DNA of 64,000 nucleotides from a virus. This document shows, piece by piece, positions 36,810 through 45,750 of the stretch; the stretch's first letter is position 1; the number at the start of each line of letters is the position of its first letter. The stretch covers positions 1 through 64,000 of the IMG/VR virus record IMGVR_UViG_3300005533_000002; one strand, given 5' to 3'. The position numbers and the translations under genes were made by a program. The notes below the pieces were generated by a model. That model was not told the origin of the DNA. It made no database searches and was given only the letters and a program-made list of their open reading frames with translations.

Positions 36810-39052
36810 GCCTTCGCCAATGCAAATTCGCCTGTTTCTTGTACGCTGCCAATCCCTCGGTCTTCCAAATCCTTGATGATGCTCTTGGCATGACTGGCCT
36901 TTTTGGCGAAGTGGGCGCGCTGAAGGTCCCTGGGTTTGCATTTACCTTGTCCTTTTTCTTTAATCCACTCGATGATTTCTTGCATCCGCTTATCACCCTC
37001 ATCCGCCTTCATGGATTGGTACGTCCGCCTACAGTGTGCTTTGAAGTAGTCTATAGCCAGCCAGGCCCCCATTGCTGCACCCACACCCACATACCGAGCG
37101 TCACAGCCCTCGGTGACATGAGCAAGGAAATGCAGCACCAGGGCTATTCGGTAGTAGTAAGCTTTCATCTTCGCCCACGGTCCGACCATGTTCAGCGGGA
37201 AGTCTTTCGCGTTACGCTCTCTCGCATGTTCGGCGAACCATAGTTCTGATATCTTCTGGCCCTCTGGGTCGAAGTACACAGTGGTCGGAATTTCGGTGCC
37301 GTTGCGACCGATTTCCGGTTCTAGCTGATACAGGCGATTGACGGCATCCCGCCAACTTTCTTCAGCGTCTTCCGAGAGCGGCTCGCCAATCCTTTCCGGC
37401 CATCTCTTGGATGCCGGATAACTGAAGAGGATACGGTGAATGAACCCATCCTCTCTAGCTCTTTCATCACAGAGCATGCCGATCATGTCGGGCTGGATGT
37501 TGCCAAATACGGTTACAAATGGCCGATGGACAATCACCGGACCACTTTCGCCCTGGTTCTTCCTATCCACCTTCGCTTGGCCGCCGCTCCAGCAGCTCAA
37601 CCAGAATTGCCGGTCATTACCCTTGCCGCCGGCCTTGTACTGATTCATCGAACTGACCCAGCTCGTCACTTCGTCCTTCATCATGGCGAAGCCGCGTGGT
37701 GTTTCCTGAAGCATGCAAGCCATCGCTTCGGTGGTCGCATCGCTCGTGTAGACGTGCGGGTAACGCGGCTTGCTTGGGCGCTGCCGGACTATAACTTTCG
37801 AACCCGGCTTTCGCGACATTTGGCGCTCGGCCTCGTAGTGAGCCAATTCATCTTCGTATTGCTGCTTCCTGAACTCGAAATCCCTGGACAGAATCTCTTG
37901 CCGTTCGTACAGAGGTTCGCACACTATGTCGAGCGCCGGGCTTTTTGCTTCGCCGGGGTCCGCCACGAGGGCAAGATACAGCCGTGCGCATTCCCGCCAT
38001 TTCCGGGAAACGTAAATCGCCCTGGACGTGCCAATAGCGGTTGCTGCCACGCCCAGCACAAACAGGGCCGGGAAATCCATCGGACAAGACAGCGATTGCG
38101 AAACTTCGCGCACAAAACGCTGAATAACCGGCGGGAAGATTTCTATTGGCCAATCCGGCACTGGAATCTTGGGAAGCGGCTCAATCGGAACGCCATCGTC
38201 TATGGGTTCGGGTTGGTAGCGGCCGACGCTACGCGCAATCCGCTCAATATCCGCCAATGATAGCGGCGGGTCGCACACCGCCTCATTCATCGCGGCAATG
38301 GCTCTGGCAATCATTGCCGCCGAAGCGCCGTGCCGGCGCATCAAGCCGGCTTGCCGGGTTAGGAAATCGTCGCGCCCACCCTCGGCAATTCTTTGCAGCT
38401 CGCCGAAGACTGGTGCGGCACTTTGTGATTGACTGTCTGGTGTTAATTCTCGCAGTAACCAAGCTGGGGCTGGCGCGGTCTTGGTTTCTTGCGGACTGCG
38501 TCCTGGCTTCCATTCGTACCGGCGTCCGCTTGCGTGCCGCGATGGCGGCAGGACTGTTTGGGCGCCTGTCGCCTGAATACGGACCTCGGACCCTTTGCCC
38601 TGTTGCTCGCTGGTTGTGCGGCAACGGAAACCCGGCGGAATGGCGTACAGCAGCCCGCGCCCGCCGACCTCGCGACCACTGCTAAACTCTAAGGTGCCTG
38701 GCAAATCGCCTTCACTCATTCTCTGTAGAGCGATTTCACCTGCTTCGCCCTCTATGTCGATGCGCACCAGTCCGCTCACTGCGCCCAGAGCGATACCAAC
38801 GTTGGCGTTTGGGTTCTGGTGCCAGCGGTCACGTAGTTCCTCTTCCGTGGGCAAGCGTTCCTGAAATTCCTTCCAAAGCCCGAGCGGCCTTTTGCCGGGA
38901 CTGGAACAGGTTTTGCCATGATCGCGCCCGACGCCAACATGGTCCGGCGGACAGATGGCCAGCGGCGACCAGCCAAGCGAAAGGTAAAAAAGGGCCGCCT
39001 CCAAGCAATCGTTTCCGTCTTGGAGACGGCCCCCTACTCCTGCATCCGTCAT
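36770..39052 (-). CDS. Bifunctional primase-polymerase + PriCT + DUF3987-like domain
   Basis: PGKRPL...NVGIALG...RIDIE...VLPPSRHASG; EGGRDDFL; PGEAKSP, KDEV, GNIQP, DGFIHRIL. Confidence 0.9.
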   Translation of the reverse strand: MTDAGVGGRLQDGNDCLEAALFYLSLGWSPLAICPPDHVGVGRDHGKTCSSPGKRPLGLWKEFQERLPTEEELRDRWHQNPNANVGIALGAVSGLVRIDIEGEAGEIALQRMSEGDLPGTLEFSSGREVGGRGLLYAIPPGFRCRTTSEQQGKGSEVRIQATGAQTVLPPSRHASGRRYEWKPGRSPQETKTAPAPAWLLRELTPDSQSQSAAPVFGELQRIAEGGRDDFLTRQAGLMRRHGASAAMIARAIAAMNEAVCDPPLSLADIERIARSVGRYQPEPIDDGVPIEPLPKIPVPDWPIEIFPPVIQRFVREVSQSLSCPMDFPALFVLGVAATAIGTSRAIYVSRKWRECARLYLALVADPGEAKSPALDIVCEPLYERQEILSRDFEFRKQQYEDELAHYEAERQMSRKPGSKVIVRQRPSKPRYPHVYTSDATTEAMACMLQETPRGFAMMKDEVTSWVSSMNQYKAGGKGNDRQFWLSCWSGGQAKVDRKNQGESGPVIVHRPFVTVFGNIQPDMIGMLCDERAREDGFIHRILFSYPASKRWPERIGEPLSEDAEESWRDAVNRLYQLEPEIGRNGTEIPTTVYFDPEGQKISELWFAEHARERNAKDFPLNMVGPWAKMKAYYYRIALVLHFLAHVTEGCDARYVGVGAAMGAWLAIDYFKAHCRRTYQSMKADEGDKRMQEIIEWIKEKGQGKCKPRDLQRAHFAKKASHAKSIIKDLEDRGIGSVQETGEFALAKAVATCRKDLSQRS

Positions 39053-39090
39053 TGGTGGGGAGTCCTATTTTGCGTTGTAACGTTGGCCGG

Positions 39091-39624
39091 CTAGAAGACT
39101 TCTTCGGCGGGACCGTTGGGGCAACTGGCGCCGTAGTTCGCCTTTGGCTGGCTCTTCGCGCCCGCTGCTTCCTTGGCCGCTTTGAGCTTATCGGCGAACA
39201 GGGCGTTCAGGCGTGAAATGTTGTCCTGCCCAAGCTTGGCGCCCGCCGGCCCCCCGCCCCAGTACAGGTCCCATCGTTCCTTGTCTTCGCCCTTGTACTC
39301 TTCGTGTTTGCAGGTGACGGTGATTTGCTTTCCGGCAAACACAAACGCTTGCGGATGGTTCGGGTCCAGGTATTCGAAGCCTTCCCGGTCGTACCCCAGA
39401 TTTTGCAAATCCCGCAAAACGAAATCGATGGTTTCCGGCGTGATGTACCGGTACAAGGTGCGTTCGAACGCGGGGCACTTGATTGGCTTGCCGTCGCCGC
39501 CGATCTCGTTGAGAAGTGTAAAGGTGAAGAACACGAATGGGGTCTTCTTTTCTTTGGACTCGCCTAGGCCCGAGCTGACGATTTTGGCGAGATACTTTCC
39601 CTCAGATACCACTGCACGCGGCAT
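39091..39624 (-). CDS. Putative single-stranded DNA-binding protein (DUF669-like)
   Basis: EGKYLAKI...KHEEYKG; acidic/Phe tail EEVF; follows AAA ATPase. Confidence 0.65.
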   Translation of the reverse strand: MPRAVVSEGKYLAKIVSSGLGESKEKKTPFVFFTFTLLNEIGGDGKPIKCPAFERTLYRYITPETIDFVLRDLQNLGYDREGFEYLDPNHPQAFVFAGKQITVTCKHEEYKGEDKERWDLYWGGGPAGAKLGQDNISRLNALFADKLKAAKEAAGAKSQPKANYGASCPNGPAEEVF

Positions 39625-39639
39625 GATTCGTACCTTTCA

Positions 39640-40569
39640 TTAAAACGGTGGTTGATTTGGATCGACTTCGGCAACGGGTTCTTGACTGGTTGTCATGGGC
39701 AGCGTTGCGGGAGGATTCTCGGGCTCGGGCTGCGCCTGTCCGGCAGCCCTCGCGCCCTTGATGGCCGCCACAAAATTCGCCCAGCTTTCGTGCGGCTCCT
39801 TCCCCATGCTGATGCGCTCGGGCAATCCGTGCCTGTTCTTGGCGTCGAATGCGGCCGTCCTGGTCGTATACATCGTCCTGCCGCCGGCGCTCTTGCCCTT
39901 GGCCTTCAGCTCGCCCCGCCCCTTTTCTGCCAGCACGTCGAAATTGCCGAACAGGATGATGTCCGCCCACTTGGCCACATGGCCCCAAGTCTTCTCGTGC
40001 ATCTCGGCCGCGTAGCGGTCGTAATCATCTCCCAAAGGGTTTTTGAACGTCTTAATTTTGGAATGAGCCAGAAGAACGAGCATAACCTTTTGCTCTTGCC
40101 TCAGACGGCCGAGCTTTTCGAGCAGCTCGGGCCAAAACTCGTTGGCGGCGATGTCCGGTCCCTTGCCGTAGCTGATGAACTTCTCCCAATCGCCTTGGTA
40201 TTTTATACCGGCAATGTGCTCGAAGCACAAGCGCTCCGCTCCGTTGACCGTGTCGAGTACGACGGTTTTATTACCGCGCGGGTTCTGGATGAGGTAATCG
40301 ATGGACCGAAGCAAATCGGGCCAGTCCATAATCTCGTCGAAATGGTCCGTCGGTGGCACCAAGCCGTTGTCAATCAACGTCAACAGGCCGGTTTCGCCGC
40401 GAGTCATCAAGAAGATCGGCTTTGGAGCGAATGCCGCGTAACTGCTCTTCCCGATCCCCTCCACGCCATGCAGTACAATCCTGCTTGGCAATCCGCCGCC
40501 GCCCCGGCTAATCACCGGGGCCGAATGTCCGTTGAACATGATTTTCCCTCTCACGGGTGATCCATCCAT
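39640..40569 (-). CDS. AAA_24/Sak4-like ATPase
   Basis: HGVEGIGKSS, VVLDTV, LLAHS, WADIILF, AFDAKNR. Confidence 0.85.
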   Translation of the reverse strand: MDGSPVRGKIMFNGHSAPVISRGGGGLPSRIVLHGVEGIGKSSYAAFAPKPIFLMTRGETGLLTLIDNGLVPPTDHFDEIMDWPDLLRSIDYLIQNPRGNKTVVLDTVNGAERLCFEHIAGIKYQGDWEKFISYGKGPDIAANEFWPELLEKLGRLRQEQKVMLVLLAHSKIKTFKNPLGDDYDRYAAEMHEKTWGHVAKWADIILFGNFDVLAEKGRGELKAKGKSAGGRTMYTTRTAAFDAKNRHGLPERISMGKEPHESWANFVAAIKGARAAGQAQPEPENPPATLPMTTSQEPVAEVDPNQPPF

Positions 40570-40593
40570 AACAACAACTCACAAAAACCACAG

Positions 40594-40673
40594 TAGGGCC
40601 GGCACGAATCGAACGTGCCTTCGCCGACTGGTGTACGGCCAGCCGACTTGTCGCGCGTAGCGCCAGCAGCCCC
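40594..40673 (-). ncRNA. tRNA-like structured element with elongated anticodon stem
   Basis: Acceptor GGGGCTG/CGGCCCT-A; T-arm GCACG-TTCGATT-CGTGC; 9-bp stem GTCGGCTGG/CCAGTCGGC with loop CCGTACA; no CCA. Confidence 0.5.
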
Positions 40674-40727
40674 AGATGGCCGCTACGTCTACCAGCGGTC
40701 GAGCCATTCAGTTTGTTGCGCCATTGG

Positions 40728-40792
40728 CGCCCATGCCTAACCATGCCTCACCATGCCTTGCCAGGCCGGGCCAGACCGTACCCCGCCAAGCC
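40728..40792. repeat. Degenerate pentanucleotide tandem array (NNNCC)x13
   Basis: cgccc atgcc taacc atgcc tcacc atgcc ttgcc aggcc gggcc agacc gtacc ccgcc aagcc. Confidence 0.8.
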
Positions 40793-40808
40793 AAGATGGA
40801 CATCGCCA

Positions 40809-41159
40809 TCACTCGAATTCGCCCTCTCGGAACGTCACGGTCAAGTGTTTGCAGGCCACACGACGCAGCGACCCCCAAGCCACCGCCGCATGACTCGTCG
40901 GATGCACCGAGACGCTTTGGTCTGAGTACACATTCAGCCACACATCGACCGTTCTTTCCGGTGCAGGCTTCGGGACCAGGTCGTAGGGGTGGTGTCCGTC
41001 ACCTCCTGAAAAGGCGCCGTCTTCGTTCCAATCCACATTAAACCAACCGCCGATGGGCGCTTCGGCTTCCCCGATAATCGGAAACACTCCCTTCGCTTTG
41101 GTCGTGTAGATCCTGAAATCGAAGCCCCCGCGCGTCTGGACTTTGTCCGGGTCGATCAT
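40809..41159 (-). CDS. Hypothetical protein, W-x-NV(Y/H) family
   Basis: VQTRGG...FPIIG...WNEDG...YDLV...VWLNVY. Confidence 0.65.
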   Translation of the reverse strand: MIDPDKVQTRGGFDFRIYTTKAKGVFPIIGEAEAPIGGWFNVDWNEDGAFSGGDGHHPYDLVPKPAPERTVDVWLNVYSDQSVSVHPTSHAAVAWGSLRRVACKHLTVTFREGEFE

Positions 41160-41644
41160 CGGCCCTCCCCTTTTTCTTCCACGATGATACGCGGTGTGCC
41201 GCGCGGCTCCTGCTTGGCGCCGAGTAGTAGGGACCGGAACTCTTGAAAATCTTCGTCGCCACTCTCGTTGACGAGCTTCTTGGTTTCGATGGCACGTGTC
41301 CTGAGCCGGTCAATCGCGAGATATTGTGTGGCCAGATCGGGCCAAGTTGTCCAGATTTCCCTTAGCACCGATTGGTCCCAATGATAGTCTGGCCACTCAA
41401 CGCGGATGCGAACCCGATCACCCCGAAGCCTGGTGGTACGGCAACCGTCCTGCGTCATTGGCGCCCGCCTGGCGATGGCCGCAGCAAGCTGTATACGAGC
41501 ATTGTGGGCCGCGTCCTCGACGACCCTCTGCTCTTCGTACAGCTGCACCAACTCGTCAACTGGCATGCTGTCTATCCGGCTCATGTCGATCTGCATCTGC
41601 CTGACCACTTCGCCGGCGTCCGGGTCGATCAACTCGTTTCCCAT
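41156..41644 (-). CDS. Hypothetical protein, recombination region
   Basis: 162 aa, GAGG RBS, coupled to neighbours. Confidence 0.65.
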   Translation of the reverse strand: MGNELIDPDAGEVVRQMQIDMSRIDSMPVDELVQLYEEQRVVEDAAHNARIQLAAAIARRAPMTQDGCRTTRLRGDRVRIRVEWPDYHWDQSVLREIWTTWPDLATQYLAIDRLRTRAIETKKLVNESGDEDFQEFRSLLLGAKQEPRGTPRIIVEEKGEGR

Positions 41645-41836
41645 TGTTCTTCCTCTTCTAGTGGCTCAAAACTTTGAGTTACTGAGTACACTTCCGGAAC
41701 GGTTCCAAGAACCGCCTCGGCGCACATCTGGCACAGACGTAGGCCGTTTACTACGTGAGTGGCAGTCTTCGGGCATTGGCCCACCTTGCCGTGCTCGACG
41801 GACAGCATCCGGCATCTGGCGAATCCCTGCGGCGTG

Positions 41837-42232
41837 TCATTTACCATGCCGCGCCCCCTTCCCTGAAGCCTGGTGCCGACGAATCTTTCGGAGCGTTGGC
41901 GTCGATGGCTGCCGCAGCGTTCGCAGGAACATGCGGGCCGCTATGGAACTCTGGAAGACGAGCCGCTGTATAACGCCAAGGTGATCGTCAATCAGCTCAA
42001 AGGGGCCGCCCTGTCGCAGCGCCCGAATCGATCCCTTGGGCAAATTCCGTTGATCAGGTGGAAGAAGATTCCCCTTGGCATCGCGCGGCGGCATGGCCAG
42101 CCGCATCAAGACTTCGATCTCCTCTTGCCGACAGCAGCCCTCAGACATGTCACGATGGTTGTGGCTGCGTTCGGTGGTGTATGTTTCGGCATAGAACCCT
42201 CTGCGGCGGTACTTGGTTGTGATTTCTTGCAT
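41837..42232 (-). CDS. Hypothetical protein
   Basis: GGAG RBS before MQEITTK. Confidence 0.5.
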   Translation of the reverse strand: MQEITTKYRRRGFYAETYTTERSHNHRDMSEGCCRQEEIEVLMRLAMPPRDAKGNLLPPDQRNLPKGSIRALRQGGPFELIDDHLGVIQRLVFQSSIAARMFLRTLRQPSTPTLRKIRRHQASGKGARHGK

Positions 42233-42448
42233 GGACGATTCTCCGATTAGTGAGAAAACCGGTGCGGCGTGCTGGCGAAGCTCCCGATTCTCCAGCACGC
42301 GCTTGCGCGACCCCTGACCACAAGTCAGCATCATCGGGACCGCACCGGATGAAAATTAAAAAGCTCGCCGCAGGCGCCCAGTTTGAATCTGCCTCTCGCA
42401 ACGAGCGAGTCCCCGGAACAGTAGCGGGGAACGGCGAGCCCGAAGAGG

Positions 42449-43354
42449 TTATTCATCAAGCCGCAGCACCCAAGCCAAGACTTCCATCTCTCGCTTGTCT
42501 GCGGCATCCGTCTTGCTTGTATTCTCAAACTCGCTGACAAGTTGGTCGTATCGCTGGCGAACATCCCTGTACTTGCGAACGCGCCTGCGCTCGACACCGG
42601 AGGCGGCGCCTTCCGTGGCGCCGGCGTTTCCTCCGGCTTCCCCATCACCCTCAACATCATCCCCACCTTTGCGAAGAAGCTCCAGAGCTTTGGACATGGT
42701 CAGATTGCCGGAAGCTACGGCTTTCTGCTGTTTCGCTGTCAACTCCAGGAGCCGAAGACGGTTCTTGATGGTCTGTTCCGAGCAACCTTCTCGTTCCGCG
42801 ATTTCTGCCGTGGTACTGCCGCCGTTGACGGCCAGCTGGATGGACCCGGCTCGTTCCATCAGGTTCGGCGCTTTGCGGCATGAGTTCTCCGAGATGCTGC
42901 GATAGAAGTTCTCGGAGTTGCAATCCTTGTTGACGCTGGCCTCGATGTATGGCCGACCGGCACCTTTCAGGAAGTTGAACCAGGTTGCCCAGAATCGGCG
43001 CTCGCCGGCCACGATACTGAACGTCTCGCCGCCACGGTTTTCGCGAAGGACAATCGGGTTGATTGGGCCATTGGCCAAAATCTGGTGCGCCAGTGTTCGG
43101 ATGCCATCCTCGCCTGACTCGTACTGCCCAATCAGCTCCAGGAAGAGAGCGTGGTCCGCCTCGTCTCCCGTAACCAACTCGTAAAGAGTCTTGGCGTCTG
43201 TGTCTGGATCGGCAATCCGGGTGGCGCGCCCGGCGGCCTGCATTTCAGCAGAAAGTGGGTTGCGGCTGTTGTCCGAGTGTGTGATGACTTCCAAGGGCAC
43301 CCGCCACAGTTTGCGCTGCGATTCGCTTCGGGAAGTCGATTGGGCCCTCGCCAT
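42449..43354 (-). CDS. ParB/Srx-domain protein with HTH
   Basis: GPINPIVL...IVAGERRF...ISENSCRK...AEIAEREGCSEQTIKNRLRLL. Confidence 0.85.
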   Translation of the reverse strand: MARAQSTSRSESQRKLWRVPLEVITHSDNSRNPLSAEMQAAGRATRIADPDTDAKTLYELVTGDEADHALFLELIGQYESGEDGIRTLAHQILANGPINPIVLRENRGGETFSIVAGERRFWATWFNFLKGAGRPYIEASVNKDCNSENFYRSISENSCRKAPNLMERAGSIQLAVNGGSTTAEIAEREGCSEQTIKNRLRLLELTAKQQKAVASGNLTMSKALELLRKGGDDVEGDGEAGGNAGATEGAASGVERRRVRKYRDVRQRYDQLVSEFENTSKTDAADKREMEVLAWVLRLDE

Positions 43355-43365
43355 TGGTGAATCTC

Positions 43366-43611
43366 CTATCTGGTGGCCACCATTTCCTTGCTGGCTCGGT
43401 GGTAGTTCACGTAGTTCACCAATACCCATTCAATGATTTCAGCCCGCTCCTCTCGGGTCATGGTCTGCATGGACAGCTCGTAGCGTTGCAGGTTGTAAAC
43501 CTGCACCTGGCAGCCGTAGATGCTGCGAATCGCCGCGATGACATTGTTGATTTGCCAACTATTCCCGAGCCGGCGAAGTGCCGCAACCACGGTGACGATG
43601 CGATGGCTCAT
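43366..43611 (-). CDS. Hypothetical protein, first gene of leftward early operon
   Basis: AAGGAG RBS. Confidence 0.55.
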   Translation of the reverse strand: MSHRIVTVVAALRRLGNSWQINNVIAAIRSIYGCQVQVYNLQRYELSMQTMTREERAEIIEWVLVNYVNYHRASKEMVATR

Positions 43612-43781
43612 GGCTTTCTCTCCTTGTTATGTTTGACTCGACTACCGACACTTTCATACTAGGCTACCAGTAACAGGTAGTCAAGAGCTACTGGTAGTGA
43701 ACATTTGATTTTGCTTCGTATACCAATCCGTGCTAGGATGAACGCATTGCTTCGTGTGTACAGAAAAGGGGAGAAACGCAG

Positions 43782-43970
43782 ATGAAGAAGCGTGACAACG
43801 AAGGCCAGAAGACCTCGACTGTGCGCGTCCGACTCGACATTCTCAATAAGGCGCGCACGGTAGCCATCTGGCGCGGCATGGAAATTTCGGAGTATGTGGA
43901 CTGCATCTTGCGCCCCGTGGTCGAAAAGGAATTTGGCGAGTGGGTACACGCCGCCGCCAAGAAGTCATGA
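43782..43970 (+). CDS. Arc/RHH-like regulator
   Basis: TSTVRVRLDILNKARTVAIWRGMEISEYVDCIL; divergent orientation. Confidence 0.7.
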   Translation: MKKRDNEGQKTSTVRVRLDILNKARTVAIWRGMEISEYVDCILRPVVEKEFGEWVHAAAKKS

Positions 43971-44156
43971 ATCCAGGAAGAAGACCGCGTGTTCGGTAAC
44001 GAATGCTTCGCCGGCCTCAAGGTCTGCGATGATATTCTCTTCGTTTTCGTCGCAACCATTGGCCCGGAGATTGGCTACAGCGGCTTCCATGTCCATATAG
44101 TTCTTCGTACCGTCGCGTTTCCACTGCCTGGTAATTTTGATCTTGGCCAGTCCCAT
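43965..44156 (-). CDS. Small hypothetical protein
   Basis: GGAGAG RBS; MGLAKIKITRQW. Confidence 0.5.
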   Translation of the reverse strand: MGLAKIKITRQWKRDGTKNYMDMEAAVANLRANGCDENEENIIADLEAGEAFVTEHAVFFLDS

Positions 44157-44157
44157 G

Positions 44158-44379
44158 CTACGCACTCTCCACCAAACAGCCCGTGAGCCGCTCGGCGATA
44201 TGGCTTGTTCCCAAAAATGCCTGAACGTCGTCCAGGCGATACCATTCCTTGTTCGCATAGGGTCGGTAGGCCGGAATAAAGCCACGGCTGGACCAGATAT
44301 CAACCTGCTGGACGGCGGTTCCGGCGGCTCGGGCAAACTCAAACCTGTCGATATGCACTACGCCCGCGATCCTCTTCAT
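44158..44379 (-). CDS. MerR/Xis-like HTH protein
   Basis: EFARAAGTAVQQVDIWSSRGFIPAYR...WYRLDDV. Confidence 0.65.
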   Translation of the reverse strand: MKRIAGVVHIDRFEFARAAGTAVQQVDIWSSRGFIPAYRPYANKEWYRLDDVQAFLGTSHIAERLTGCLVESA

Positions 44380-44438
44380 CTCTTCCGCTCCCTTGGGGAG
44401 TTGACTAAGAGAATCCTACGGTGCGTAGACTAGTAGCA

Positions 44439-44882
44439 TCAATGCGAAGTTGCAAAGCTACTAGTATCACTGCCATTCCATTGGACCAAACCGTAGCCGC
44501 GCGGTTCCACGTCCTGGCGATTGTCGATGATTCCCAGCGCGATGAGATGCTTCAGGTATCTCTTGATGGTCTGCGGGTGTGGCCGGCGGCCGCGTTCTGA
44601 TAGAGCCAGCACAAGCGGCTTGAACGTGACACGATGGTTGATTTCCTGAAGGGTTTCGACGATGGCCCGATCGTAGACAGAAGTGGCTGTCGAGCCATTC
44701 GCCGAATTGGGTTGTTGGCGGATCTGCTTGCCGATGGCGAAGTGCTGGCTCATTTCGGAGATGCTGCGCTTCATGCGTTTCAGTTCAGAAATGCTCTCTA
44801 GTAGAGCATTTTCGAGCCGTTCAATCGTGCGAACGATGTCCACTTCCGGCGAAGTGGCAGTGGTAGCGATACTGGGCTGCAT
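44439..44882 (-). CDS. Winged-helix DNA-binding protein
   Basis: AIVETLQE...TIKRYLKHLIALGIIDN...PRGY. Confidence 0.6.
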   Translation of the reverse strand: MQPSIATTATSPEVDIVRTIERLENALLESISELKRMKRSISEMSQHFAIGKQIRQQPNSANGSTATSVYDRAIVETLQEINHRVTFKPLVLALSERGRRPHPQTIKRYLKHLIALGIIDNRQDVEPRGYGLVQWNGSDTSSFATSH

Positions 44883-44980
44883 TCTCTGCTCCTGGTGGAA
44901 ACCGCATTGTTGTGGGGAGCTTCTCTGATGATGTATCCGAATTCTATCTCGTTTTGGTCATATCGACAAGGAGAAGTACG

Positions 44981-45187
44981 CTACTGGTTTGCATCTTTTG
45001 CGCCCGGTGGCTGAACGCCCCGAGCCCGGCGGGCGCGCTCTTCGATGGCGGGAAGAAATTCAACAATCAGTAGCCGCAGCAACGTAGATACATCCACGGT
45101 GAGCATGTTTGCGCAATCTTCGAGCCGATCGGCCAAGTCAAGTGGAATCCGAAAACCCATTTGCCGGTTGCCGCTTTTCTTCTTCAT
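44981..45187 (-). CDS. RHH regulator
   Basis: MGFRIPLDLADRLEDCA...VSTLLRLLI. Confidence 0.65.
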   Translation of the reverse strand: MKKKSGNRQMGFRIPLDLADRLEDCANMLTVDVSTLLRLLIVEFLPAIEERARRARGVQPPGAKDANQ

Positions 45188-45408
45188 GCGGCACACCGTA
45201 ACGTCACGGAGGGAACCCGTCCAGGGCTTCTGGCGGGCCGTCAAACAGCACCAAGCTGCATGACGACAAAAGGATAGCTTATGTTTTGCACCGCAAACCA
45301 AGTGTCCAACATTGTTCCGAACACCAGCACATCAATATATGTCAGCTGAACAGAATAATTTGCAAAAAGTAAGTATCACGGGCTGGTGCGCACATCAAAA
45401 AAAGGATA

Positions 45409-45750
45409 ATGAAGGTGGCACAAAAAACTCGGCACAGAGGAATGAACATGTCTGAAGTTGTTTATAGGTGGTGGTATCTGGTGGCCACAGAGTTGGGGAT
45501 TGAAGTGCTGCCCGACTACGAGGAGGGGGCTTTCCGTGGGGGTCTCGTTTTTGATCCCGGCATCGATGCCGACGACGCAAAACTACCGCTGTACATTCGC
45601 GTCGGCCTCAAGGGACGCAGAGTATTCTCCATCCAGGAAATGAAGGCTTGGGGCGCGAGGGTCTACGTCCCCGGATCAGAGTTACCGGAATGGCTCGTTT
45701 TTGCAACGCAAGAAGAAGCCATCGGTTATATCAGAAAGCATCCTGCCTAA
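45409..45750 (+). CDS. Hypothetical protein
   Basis: ORF in immunity region; start uncertain. Confidence 0.5.
   Translation: MKVAQKTRHRGMNMSEVVYRWWYLVATELGIEVLPDYEEGAFRGGLVFDPGIDADDAKLPLYIRVGLKGRRVFSIQEMKAWGARVYVPGSELPEWLVFATQEEAIGYIRKHPA

Noticed and set aside
40594-40673. tmRNA (starts GGGGCTG)
   Set aside because: Only 80 nt between acceptor strands, no G3-U70 pair and no tag reading frame.
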